Shown here piece by piece: positions 9,490-17,811 of a stretch of DNA of 32,000 nucleotides (its first letter is position 1; every line of letters starts with the position of its first letter). A program made the position numbers and the translations under genes. The stretch comes from Nitrosopumilaceae archaeon (GTDB lineage: Archaea; Thermoproteota; Nitrososphaeria; Nitrososphaerales; Nitrosopumilaceae), in assembly GCA_035935115.1 (NCBI GenBank), contig DASYXK010000021.1, forward strand, positions 268,174 to 300,173, read 5' to 3'. The notes under the pieces were generated by a model. It did not search any database. It was not told the origin of the DNA and was given only the letters and a program-made list of their open reading frames with translations.

Positions 9490-10634
9490 TGATTTTCTCC
9501 CATATCTCAGACACACATTTAGGGTTTGTACAATATCATTCAGAGGAAAGAGAAGAGGACGTATATTCTGTATTTAACCAAGCAATTGACACCTCAATAA
9601 ATGATCATGTAGATTTTGTAATTTTTGCAGGAGACATATTTCATGTACCAACTCCCAGTGGAAAGGCAATCTTGGTTTTAGCAAATGCACTAAAGCGCTT
9701 AAAACAAAACAATATTGATTCTTTTTTCATTCTTGGCGAGCATGACATCAGTAGAATACGTGCAACACCTATACCGTTTGTTTACCATAATTTGGAATTT
9801 TCCAAATATATTGGAAATGGAAAACCATTCCAATACAAAGACATCATGATTTTAGGATACGACAAACGAAGAAAAAACGAAATCCATGCCTTTGAGCAAG
9901 ATTTTGCAAAGGCAGACATAGAAGCAAAGAATCACACTGGTCACAAAATTCTTGTATTACATCAAGGAATTACAGAGATCAACAAGTTTGCAGGAGAATT
10001 AAATTCTACAGATCTTCCAAAGAACTTTACATACTATGCCATGGGGCATCTTCATGAGAGAGAATTAAAAAAATTCAACCATTTAGGCGGACCTTTAGCG
10101 TATCCAGGTTCTATAGAACTTACCTCAAGTGAAGGAATTAAGGAAACACAAAAAGGATTTTACGAAGTAGACATCTCGTCATCTGAAGCAAAACCAAATT
10201 GGATAAAACTTGACATCAGACCTCAATATTCAGTTAGAACTAGTTTTGACAACCTTGCACAAGAAGTAAACAACTTGTCAGAAAAAATACAATCATTTTC
10301 AAGAAAGCCAATAGTTGAGGTAAAAATTCATGGTGACAACATAGAGACGGATCTTGTCCAATCGCAAATTGCAAGACTATTTCCTCTTACACTACGATGT
10401 TTATGGAAAACAATAATGCCAGAAGAAAGTGAAGGTTCAGTGTTTATCAATAGACCTGCAAAAATTGATGATGAAATGTTAAAGCTTGCAAAAGATATCC
10501 TAAATTCTGAAAGTCTAGCAAATTTTGCAATAAATGATCTACTTCCGTTTCTCTCAAAAAACCAGGTTGGAGAAGCAAATCATTTGGTAATTGAAAATTT
10601 TAATCAATTCAAAAAGGGTGTGAAAAAATGTTAA
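9489..10634 (+). CDS. mre11: Mre11 DNA double-strand break repair nuclease
   Basis: Phosphoesterase motifs in order: ISDTHLG, AGDIFH, GEHD, LHQG, GHLH. I prefer ATG 9489 (MIFSHISDTHLG), which overlaps the herA stop as TAATG, over the longer track ORF starting at 9408 inside herA. Confidence 0.9.
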   Translation: MIFSHISDTHLGFVQYHSEEREEDVYSVFNQAIDTSINDHVDFVIFAGDIFHVPTPSGKAILVLANALKRLKQNNIDSFFILGEHDISRIRATPIPFVYHNLEFSKYIGNGKPFQYKDIMILGYDKRRKNEIHAFEQDFAKADIEAKNHTGHKILVLHQGITEINKFAGELNSTDLPKNFTYYAMGHLHERELKKFNHLGGPLAYPGSIELTSSEGIKETQKGFYEVDISSSEAKPNWIKLDIRPQYSVRTSFDNLAQEVNNLSEKIQSFSRKPIVEVKIHGDNIETDLVQSQIARLFPLTLRCLWKTIMPEESEGSVFINRPAKIDDEMLKLAKDILNSESLANFAINDLLPFLSKNQVGEANHLVIENFNQFKKGVKKC

Positions 10635-12706
10635 ACGAAATAGAGCTTGGGAATTTTCTTTCCCATTCTAATACAAAACTAGGATTTAACAAGGGTGTAA
10701 CAGTTTTTGTTGGTCAGAACGGGACAGGCAAATCAAGTATTATAGACGGAATTACATTCGCACTATTTGGACAGCATACTAGAAATTCTAACAAGGGACT
10801 GGTTCGTCGAGGTGCAAACCAGGCGTATGCCAAGGTAAATTTCTCCATTTTAGACAGACAGTTTGAGGCAATACGCAAAATTGATTCAAAAGGAACAGTT
10901 TCTGCTCAATTTTTTGAGAAAAAAGACGGCAGTCTCATACCACTTGCATCGGGGGAAAGAAAGCAGTTTGGCGAATCCATGACAAAGACAATTGAATCAA
11001 TCATAGGAATGGATTTTGATAAGCTCAAGGTAGCATCAATTGTTCAACAAGGCGAACTTAATTCCATAATTAATGCAGACCCAAAAAAATTCAAGGAATT
11101 AGTAAATGCCATTATTGGAATTGATAAACTCGATACCGCGTTTGAAGTAATGAAAGATGTTATAGAAAATTTTCGTGTTTCTATAAAAGAGAGATTAGAA
11201 TATGATGACAGAGATATTGAAAGCCTAAAAATTAAAATTGATTTTCTTACAAAAGAGATCAATCTAGCAAAGCCGCAAAGAGAAGAGATGATCACAAGGA
11301 AGAAAATACAAGAAAGCGAACTTGTTCAACTACAAAATAAGATCGAATCAGAATCTGCAAAAGAAATAAAGATAAAAGAGCTAGAAACAAGAAAGTCAGA
11401 ACTTGTTCAGTATGTAAAAACTGCAATCACTTCTCTTAAAAAAGAAATACACGAAAAAGAGAAAAAATTTTCTGATTGTGATGGATGTTTTACCCACATA
11501 TCATCCAAAAAAGAAATGGAATCACAACTAGTAAAAGTAGAAAACGAATTAGAATCGTCAAGAAGAAAAATTCAAGAATTTGTAGAAAAAATAGGCAAAC
11601 TTGGTGGCCAGGAGGAGCTTGCAGGAAAGCTGAAATTACAAGACGGAAAGTGCCCAGTCTGTGATTCCAAAGTCGAAACTCTCAATCCTCTTTTTGAGGA
11701 GGAACACATTCGTAATGAGATTACAAAAATACGAAATAACATAGATTCACTAACAAAGATAGAAAAAGAGAATCGTGAGAAAAAACATGTTTTTGAGCAA
11801 AATCTACAAAAAGCTCTCAGTGCAGAAAAAACGCTTTCCATACATGGAATAAAACAGCCACAAGAGTTAGTACACCTAAAAGAGGAAATTTCCATGTTAA
11901 AAAATAATATCAAGAAAATTCCATCGGAGTTAAATTCGTCAGAAAATATGATACATTTGGCAATAGATCCCCATTCTGAATCAATATGTAAAACAATACT
12001 TTTACTTCAAAAAGAAACAGGCGGATTTGATCTAACAGAATTTAAAAATCTAAAAATTTCTTTTGATCAAAAACGCAAGTCACTTAGTATGACAGAACAA
12101 GAAATCGGTGCAATAACACAGAAGATACAGACGGCAGAAGAGCAACAAGAAAAAATATCTCAAGCATTAGAAGAACTTGTTTTAGTAAAAAAATATGTTG
12201 CACAATTAGAAGAAATACGAAGTCAGATTTTTAATAGAGACGGACCTGTTGCAATGAGTTTACGATCATGGGCGCTAAACTTGATATCACAAAAGGCATC
12301 AGAATATTTGTCTGCATTTAACGTAAAGATCCAAAGGGTTTTGTTGCAGGAAAAAGCTCGCGATGTAGGAATTTCATGTTATTCTGGAAATACAGTTTTG
12401 GAACTTGATTCTCTAAGCGGTGGTGAAAAAGTCAGCATAGCATTAGCTCTGCGCCTTGGAATGGCACACATTCTAGGTTCCTCTAATCTTAACTTCATCA
12501 TACTTGATGAGCCAACTACACATTTAGATGAGGAACGTAGAAAATCACTTGTAGGAATTCTCTCTAATGCATTTGAAGCTAATCTAGCTGCAATATCTCA
12601 GTTTATTATAATTACACATGATTCTGAAATATTTGAAAATTCTAATGTTGACACAATATACAATTTTGAGGCAACGTCTGAAGGAACAAAAGTAACAGCG
12701 CTCTAA
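10628..12706 (+). CDS. rad50: Rad50 SMC-like ATPase
   Basis: Walker A GQNGTGKSS, a long Glu/Lys-rich coiled coil, zinc hook CPVC (11651-11662), signature LSGGE and Walker B IILDEPT. The start overlaps the mre11 stop by 7 nt. Confidence 0.9.
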   Translation: MLNEIELGNFLSHSNTKLGFNKGVTVFVGQNGTGKSSIIDGITFALFGQHTRNSNKGLVRRGANQAYAKVNFSILDRQFEAIRKIDSKGTVSAQFFEKKDGSLIPLASGERKQFGESMTKTIESIIGMDFDKLKVASIVQQGELNSIINADPKKFKELVNAIIGIDKLDTAFEVMKDVIENFRVSIKERLEYDDRDIESLKIKIDFLTKEINLAKPQREEMITRKKIQESELVQLQNKIESESAKEIKIKELETRKSELVQYVKTAITSLKKEIHEKEKKFSDCDGCFTHISSKKEMESQLVKVENELESSRRKIQEFVEKIGKLGGQEELAGKLKLQDGKCPVCDSKVETLNPLFEEEHIRNEITKIRNNIDSLTKIEKENREKKHVFEQNLQKALSAEKTLSIHGIKQPQELVHLKEEISMLKNNIKKIPSELNSSENMIHLAIDPHSESICKTILLLQKETGGFDLTEFKNLKISFDQKRKSLSMTEQEIGAITQKIQTAEEQQEKISQALEELVLVKKYVAQLEEIRSQIFNRDGPVAMSLRSWALNLISQKASEYLSAFNVKIQRVLLQEKARDVGISCYSGNTVLELDSLSGGEKVSIALALRLGMAHILGSSNLNFIILDEPTTHLDEERRKSLVGILSNAFEANLAAISQFIIITHDSEIFENSNVDTIYNFEATSEGTKVTAL

Positions 12707-13197
12707 CCACCAGTTAGCTTGGCAAATCTCTCATTTTTGCTTAATTTTTCCATAAATTGCAAATTAGAAAGAGCAACAACTGCAGATTCTCGTACTGACT
12801 CGCTTGAATCTTCAAGAGCTCTTTGTAGTGTTTCTTTTGCTTCCTGAGAGCCTATAACCCCTAGCGCAATTGCAGCTTCATGTCTTACAAAGAAGCTAGG
12901 ATCGTTTTTGACTGCGTCTTCAAGTGGCTTTATTCCGCTACGATAACACATCTGACCAAGTGAAAATGCTGCTTCATGTCTTACAAGCTCATTTGAATCA
13001 TTTTTTAAAACATTGGCAACATGTGAAACCATTTCCTCTCCTCCAAAATCTACCAGAATGCATACAGCTCTTGTCCTTATGACAAAGTCTTTGTGATCTA
13101 AAAGACTCATAAAATACTCTTTGTCTTTATTTTCATACATTTCCTCCATTTCAGACAATAGTTCTAAACGTGTACCAGGAATAACTTCCATGCACAC
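12703..13197 (-). CDS. HEAT-repeat (PBS-lyase/E-Z type) protein, deoxyhypusine-hydroxylase-like half-size form
   Basis: 164 aa of tandem HEAT-like repeats: VIRTRAVCILVDFG / LVRHEAAFSLGQM / FVRHEAAIALGVIG / SVRESAVVALSNL. Two His-Glu pairs (H74-E75, H106-E107) lie 32 aa apart. See findings. Confidence 0.8.
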   Translation of the reverse strand: MCMEVIPGTRLELLSEMEEMYENKDKEYFMSLLDHKDFVIRTRAVCILVDFGGEEMVSHVANVLKNDSNELVRHEAAFSLGQMCYRSGIKPLEDAVKNDPSFFVRHEAAIALGVIGSQEAKETLQRALEDSSESVRESAVVALSNLQFMEKLSKNERFAKLTGG

Positions 13198-13230
13198 AAT
13201 TTTATAAGCGAATATTTATTCATTGATAAC

Positions 13231-13689
13231 ATGTCACGTTTACGATATTGGAAGCTTTCCGCAGATGAATTAAGAAAAGCGCAGTATGATCCAAAAAAGG
13301 TACTAGTATGGGAAATAAAATGTAGCAAAGACGAAAAGGGAACCCACTTTGGAGTATTTTGCTATAGAAACGGAACACCTTGGAACTATACTTCAGTTCA
13401 TGGAATAGTATTCTATTATAACATGATAAAGCGTGATGAAGTAGAAAAATTAGCCAAATTCCTAAAGGACAAATTTGGTGGAGAACAAGCAGAAAAAGGA
13501 GAACGCGTATTTTTGAAAGGTTCTAGAGAAATTTACCTACCAAAAGATATTGCAGATCTTGCCGTAGAGCTTGAAAAGACATTTGAGGTAAGCACTGAAC
13601 TTACTGTTGAGCTTGAAAACTTTTCAGCACCAGAACAAGAACAAAGCAATCTACCCTCCAACAAAATACTACCTGTTCCTGGCAAGTAA
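13231..13689 (+). CDS. Hypothetical protein (152 aa)
   Basis: Clean ORF with an ATG start and AT-rich native-like codon usage. No motif I recognise. Only 33 nt from the divergent HEAT gene. Confidence 0.55.
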   Translation: MSRLRYWKLSADELRKAQYDPKKVLVWEIKCSKDEKGTHFGVFCYRNGTPWNYTSVHGIVFYYNMIKRDEVEKLAKFLKDKFGGEQAEKGERVFLKGSREIYLPKDIADLAVELEKTFEVSTELTVELENFSAPEQEQSNLPSNKILPVPGK

Positions 13690-13698
13690 AATAGAAAA

Positions 13699-13887
13699 TT
13701 AATTCTTTTTAGGAGTAATCTTAAACAATATCCAACCACCGGACATGATTACTATACCAATTACCCATGTGGAGTTTGTGTCGTATCCTTGAATTAATCC
13801 TATAATTACAACTATTAGCCCAATTATCATCAGAGGAATCGCAACCCAGAGAAGCTTATTTGCTTTCTTTGGTGTTTTTTTAACCAT
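13699..13887 (-). CDS. Small membrane protein (two predicted TM helices, 62 aa)
   Basis: Within track ORF 13699..13995 I prefer internal ATG 13887: MVKKTPKKANKLLWVAIPLMIIGLIVVIIGLI...WVIGIVIMSGGWILFKITPKKN. It has a basic N-terminus followed by two hydrophobic helices. The upstream 36 codons look non-coding. Confidence 0.5.
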   Translation of the reverse strand: MVKKTPKKANKLLWVAIPLMIIGLIVVIIGLIQGYDTNSTWVIGIVIMSGGWILFKITPKKN

Positions 13888-14008
13888 TTTCTTACATATT
13901 TCGTTCCTAGTACACATTATAAGATTTGTCAACTGGTAACAATATGGAACAGACATCCTGACATGATAAAAGAGAATTAATATGGTTTTGAGCATTTTCT
14001 AATATCCA

Positions 14009-14806
14009 ATGGATGAACTAAAACAAGTAGGCGAACATCTGGATGAGCTTAGAAAACGCGTACTTAGAATGGTCATTGCGGTTGGCATAATCACGTTTTT
14101 CATACTTGGTTTTCATCTGACACCTTTTGTTTATAATGGAATAACATTGTATTATCCAAACCCAAATCCGTTTGACAACATGGCAGCACAAGTTACTGTT
14201 GCAATGAAACATCAGTTGCTGCCACCAACAGTACAGCTAATCCAAACAGCACCAGGTCAGGCATTTTTTGCCCAATTTTATGTTGCCGTTGTACTTGGCA
14301 TAGCAATAGGAATGCCAATAATTGTGAAAGAATTCATCGGATTTTTAGCTCCAGCATTTGGCAGAAAAGAAGTTAAGATAATCAGATCCATGACAGTTCC
14401 AGCTGTTTGTCTTTTCATAGCGGGATGCATTTTTTCTTATCTTTTTGTCACACCATACATTTTAGAATTTCTTTACAAATATGGTCAATCATCAGAGCTA
14501 TTGACTTTTCTTAATGTTGTTGACTTTATTACATTTGTATTACAATTTCTTTTATCATTTGGAATTTCATTTCAGCTCCCATTGATAATGTATGTAGTTT
14601 CGGCATCTGGATTAGTAAGCGAAAAGTTCTGGAGAAAAAATATCAGATACGCCATAATAATTATGGTGATTTTAGGTGCAGCCATAACTCCAGATGGGAG
14701 TGGTATCACCATGTGGTTTGTTTCAGGCCCAATGATAGCACTATACCTCATAGGTATGTTTTTTGTAGAACGTCGTGCAAAACAGATTGCAACACTTAAA
14801 TCTTAA
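14009..14806 (+). CDS. tatC: Twin-arginine translocase subunit TatC
   Basis: 265 aa with a six-TM profile. N-terminus EHLDELRKRVLRMVIAV, plus FISYLFVTPYILEFL and AAITPDGSGITM, is typical of TatC. Confidence 0.9.
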   Translation: MDELKQVGEHLDELRKRVLRMVIAVGIITFFILGFHLTPFVYNGITLYYPNPNPFDNMAAQVTVAMKHQLLPPTVQLIQTAPGQAFFAQFYVAVVLGIAIGMPIIVKEFIGFLAPAFGRKEVKIIRSMTVPAVCLFIAGCIFSYLFVTPYILEFLYKYGQSSELLTFLNVVDFITFVLQFLLSFGISFQLPLIMYVVSASGLVSEKFWRKNIRYAIIIMVILGAAITPDGSGITMWFVSGPMIALYLIGMFFVERRAKQIATLKS

Positions 14807-14826
14807 GCTGCTCAAATAATACACAT

Positions 14827-15003
14827 ATGGGTTATGAACAAATCCTAATAGTTGTAATAGTTATAGTTGCACTAATTTTTGGTGCAAAAAAGATCCCAGA
14901 GCTTGCGCGCACATTTGGCAAAGCAAAAGGCGAGTTTGAGAAGGGAAGATTAGAGTCAGAAAAAGAACTAAAGGACTTTAAAGATAAAGAAGATTTAAAA
15001 TAA
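14827..15003 (+). CDS. tatA: Twin-arginine translocase subunit TatA/E
   Basis: Hand translation (58 aa, below the track cutoff): MGYEQILIVVIVIVALIFGAKKIPELARTFGKAKGEFEKGRLESEKELKDFKDKEDLK*. It has one TM helix, the FGxKK(I/L)PE hinge and an amphipathic helix. Starts 20 nt after tatC. Confidence 0.8.
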   Translation: MGYEQILIVVIVIVALIFGAKKIPELARTFGKAKGEFEKGRLESEKELKDFKDKEDLK

Positions 15004-15010
15004 AAAACGC

Positions 15011-15016
15011 TTTTTT
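15011..15016 (+). terminator. Oligo-T tract after tatA (candidate archaeal intrinsic terminator)
   Basis: A tttttt run 8 nt after the tatA stop codon. Archaeal RNAP terminates at oligo-U tracts. Confidence 0.35.
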
Positions 15017-15039
15017 ATCCACAAAAAAGAGATTACCAT

Positions 15040-16131
15040 ATGATAAAAAGATCAGATATTCAAAAAATTGTCAACGAATATTCTGATCTTACCATAGGTA
15101 CACTTGGCAGTCATTCTGCACTTGAAATAATGGATGGTGCAAAAGACGAAAATTTGCAAACCGTAGTAGTGTGTCAAAAAGGACGCGAGATACCATACAA
15201 AAGATTTTCCAGACTTGCAGACGAGATAATAATCCTAAACAAATTCAAGGATATGCTTTCTCCAAAAATTCAAGCTCGCCTGCGTGCTTCAAATACAGTA
15301 ATTGTACCACACAGAGCACTTACTGCTTATCTTGGATATCTGGGTGTTGAAAATAATTTCAAAGTACCAATATTTGGAAACAGAGCATTGTTTCAGGCAG
15401 AAGAACGATCACACCAAAAGAATCAATATTATCTGCTTGAAAAAGCAAAGATAAAACATCCAAAACTTTTCAAAAACCCAAAGGACATAGACAGGCCTGT
15501 TATTATTAAGGTACAGGAGAAATCTCGTAAACTTGAGAGAGCTTTCTTTAATGTTTCATCATATTCAGAATACAAAGACAAGTCAGAAATCAAGATTGGA
15601 CGTGGACTTGTTTCAAGAGACGCATTAAAAAGTGCAAGTATTGAGGAACATGTGATAGGGACATACTTTAATTTCAATTACTTTTACACTCCAATTTCAG
15701 ATGAAGTTGACTTTCTAGGCATAGAGCGAAGATTGCAGACAAACATACATGATTTTACTTCACTTCCTGCTAGGCAGCAACTTGAGACAAACATAGAATT
15801 ACAAAATATAGAAGTAGGTCACACTCCCGCAAGCATAAGAGAATCACTTTTGGAAAAAGTTTTGTCTGCAGGAGATAAATTTGTCAATGCCGTCAAAAAA
15901 GAATACTCGCCTGGAATCATTGGTCCATTTTCATTGCAAAGTGTAATCACAAGAGATTTGGAAATTGTGGTGTATGATGTATCACTACGAGTTCCTGGAA
16001 ATCCAATTCTTGCCACAACTAGTCCGTACACAAAATACAAGTACGGAACTACATTTGGAGTTGGAAGAAGGATTGCAATGGAGCTAAAACGAGCTCAGCA
16101 AGAAGGAAGATTAGATGAGATAGTTACCTAG
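15040..16131 (+). CDS. purP: 5-formaminoimidazole-4-carboxamide ribonucleotide (FAICAR) synthetase PurP
   Basis: N-terminus IGTLGSHSALEIMDGAKDENL and ATP-grasp-like architecture, 363 aa. This is an archaea-specific purine biosynthesis enzyme family. Confidence 0.9.
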   Translation: MIKRSDIQKIVNEYSDLTIGTLGSHSALEIMDGAKDENLQTVVVCQKGREIPYKRFSRLADEIIILNKFKDMLSPKIQARLRASNTVIVPHRALTAYLGYLGVENNFKVPIFGNRALFQAEERSHQKNQYYLLEKAKIKHPKLFKNPKDIDRPVIIKVQEKSRKLERAFFNVSSYSEYKDKSEIKIGRGLVSRDALKSASIEEHVIGTYFNFNYFYTPISDEVDFLGIERRLQTNIHDFTSLPARQQLETNIELQNIEVGHTPASIRESLLEKVLSAGDKFVNAVKKEYSPGIIGPFSLQSVITRDLEIVVYDVSLRVPGNPILATTSPYTKYKYGTTFGVGRRIAMELKRAQQEGRLDEIVT

Positions 16132-16553
16132 GCTTCCATCTTTTCTTTTAGAAGATTTTTTCTTACTAGTATTGGAACATTATAAAATGATGCAAGTGCT
16201 ATTGCATCAGAAGCGCGATAGTTTCGCATAACAAGTTCATTTTTTCCAGTAAAGTACAAGTTTGCACGCAATACGCTTCCGCTTTCATAGACTTTTATTC
16301 TAACCAAGAGCAATTCGTTTAATTCAGAAATTTCTTCAATCATGTTGTAAATTGTCGGTATTGAATCTCTTTGGCCTTCAACAAAATTGGTTATGTGTCT
16401 AGCTACTTCACCCGAAAAGGCTCTCATGTGAAACTCCTTTCCGTCGTCTGATCTTAGAATCAGTAGACCCTCTACACCATAGGGATCAACAAACCCTACG
16501 TACGTTATTTTCGTGTCGACATAATCGGAGTCTTGAATCTCATTGATCTTCAC
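16128..16553 (-). CDS. Bifunctional nuclease domain protein (DUF151/BFN family)
   Basis: 141 aa. The pattern GLLILRSDDGKEFHMRAFSGEVARHI...IPTIYNMI...VLRANLYF...RASDAIALASFYNVPILV follows the DUF151 consensus (…RPSDAIALAL…PI.V). Overlaps the purP 3' end by 4 nt. Confidence 0.7.
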   Translation of the reverse strand: MKINEIQDSDYVDTKITYVGFVDPYGVEGLLILRSDDGKEFHMRAFSGEVARHITNFVEGQRDSIPTIYNMIEEISELNELLLVRIKVYESGSVLRANLYFTGKNELVMRNYRASDAIALASFYNVPILVRKNLLKEKMEA

Positions 16554-16640
16554 GATTAATTTCTATCACTCAATCATTGCAAATAAATCCTTTGGAAAAA
16601 ACAGATACAATTTAATGTCAGCAAAGGTCGCATCGAAATA

Positions 16641-17480
16641 TTGGAAAAACAGGCTACGATGCAGCGTTCTTATCGCGCCTTGATAATCGTGGGTTTTGTA
16701 GCAATAGCTGTTTCATTTTTAGTTTATGCAAGAAATGATTCAACTTCAGTCACACCAGCAGCAATTCCTGCACTACAAAGACTTGCCATAGCTACGTACA
16801 TTGTTCTTTTTATGGCATTTGGTGCAATAGGTTGGGGATTGTATAGATTCTACAAGATCAAGATATCAGATGGCGATAATTCTATTTCTTCAATTATTGC
16901 AAATACAATAAATAACAAACGAGCAAAGCAAATCTTTGTTGCAAGTGCCATAGGCTATGGAATATTTTTTGCGTTTGCTTCTGGAATAATTCTATACAAA
17001 CCAGAACTAAACGCTACAGATTATGGATTTCCAGTTCCGCATGCTGAAATCGCATCATGCTGTGATCTTCCAGGATACATGCCAATGATTCTAGCTTTTT
17101 TCACAGAGCATGTTGGTTTACAGATAATTCCTTTGAATTTTGTTTTGCTAGTAGTGGTTTCTTTTCTGGTAGGTCTTAACTTTACCATATCTTCAAAAAC
17201 ATTTACCATGTCAAGAAAAGGAAAGAGTCTTGGAACTTTTGGAGCCATAACTGGTCTCTTTGTTGGATGTCCAACATGTGCAGGCACCGCTTTTACAATG
17301 TTTTTTGGCCTAGGAGCTGGGGCTACTGGAGTCACACTATTTTTGACAAGCTATGAGGCACAGCTTCAAACTATTTTTATTGCCATCTCAATTCCAATCT
17401 TGCTTCTTACTCCTTTTATCATGACAAGAAACAACAGAAGATCCAGTTTAGGTAGTTGTGCAGTAGATTCTAAACAATGA
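16641..17480 (+). CDS. Polytopic membrane protein with CC and CPxC motifs (function unknown)
   Basis: 279 aa with several hydrophobic segments. Vicinal Cys140-Cys141 (17058-17063) and Cys210-Pro-Thr-Cys213 (17268-17279). The track start is TTG; ATG at 16659 is an alternative. Confidence 0.6.
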   Translation: MEKQATMQRSYRALIIVGFVAIAVSFLVYARNDSTSVTPAAIPALQRLAIATYIVLFMAFGAIGWGLYRFYKIKISDGDNSISSIIANTINNKRAKQIFVASAIGYGIFFAFASGIILYKPELNATDYGFPVPHAEIASCCDLPGYMPMILAFFTEHVGLQIIPLNFVLLVVVSFLVGLNFTISSKTFTMSRKGKSLGTFGAITGLFVGCPTCAGTAFTMFFGLGAGATGVTLFLTSYEAQLQTIFIAISIPILLLTPFIMTRNNRRSSLGSCAVDSKQ

Positions 17481-17757
17481 TCTTTGTAACTTGAGGAGTC
17501 TTCCAGTCACCAATGTTATAACCATCACGTCTAAGATATTTCAGAGTAAGCTTGTAAACTAGCTCGTCGTGATCAACAGTTTCCAAAATTTCTGTCCATA
17601 AAACAACTCCTGTTTCGTTAATTTTTTTGGCAATCTGTGCAGAAGTTGTTTCAGCAATCTGCCTGCATTGATCAAAAGTCTTTCCATTTTTGTATGCACG
17701 TATTCTTGTGTCACAACTGTCCATGTCATTGTTTGTACATGGTTCAATAAAAAACAT
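17470..17757 (-). CDS. Hypothetical protein (95 aa)
   Basis: ATG-initiated ORF, convergent with the membrane protein and overlapping it by 11 nt. No recognisable motif. Confidence 0.45.
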   Translation of the reverse strand: MFFIEPCTNNDMDSCDTRIRAYKNGKTFDQCRQIAETTSAQIAKKINETGVVLWTEILETVDHDELVYKLTLKYLRRDGYNIGDWKTPQVTKIIV

Positions 17758-17811
17758 CTTTTACGTATAGAATAATAATTAGAGATAATACAAATTATTA
17801 GTTTAAAAACT

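Noticed and set aside
13888-13995. Longer version of the small membrane protein ORF (13699..13995)
   Set aside because: The first 36 codons (MLKTILILFYHVRMSVPYCYQL...) look like translated AT-rich intergenic DNA. Internal ATG 13887 gives a typical basic N-terminus plus TM helices.
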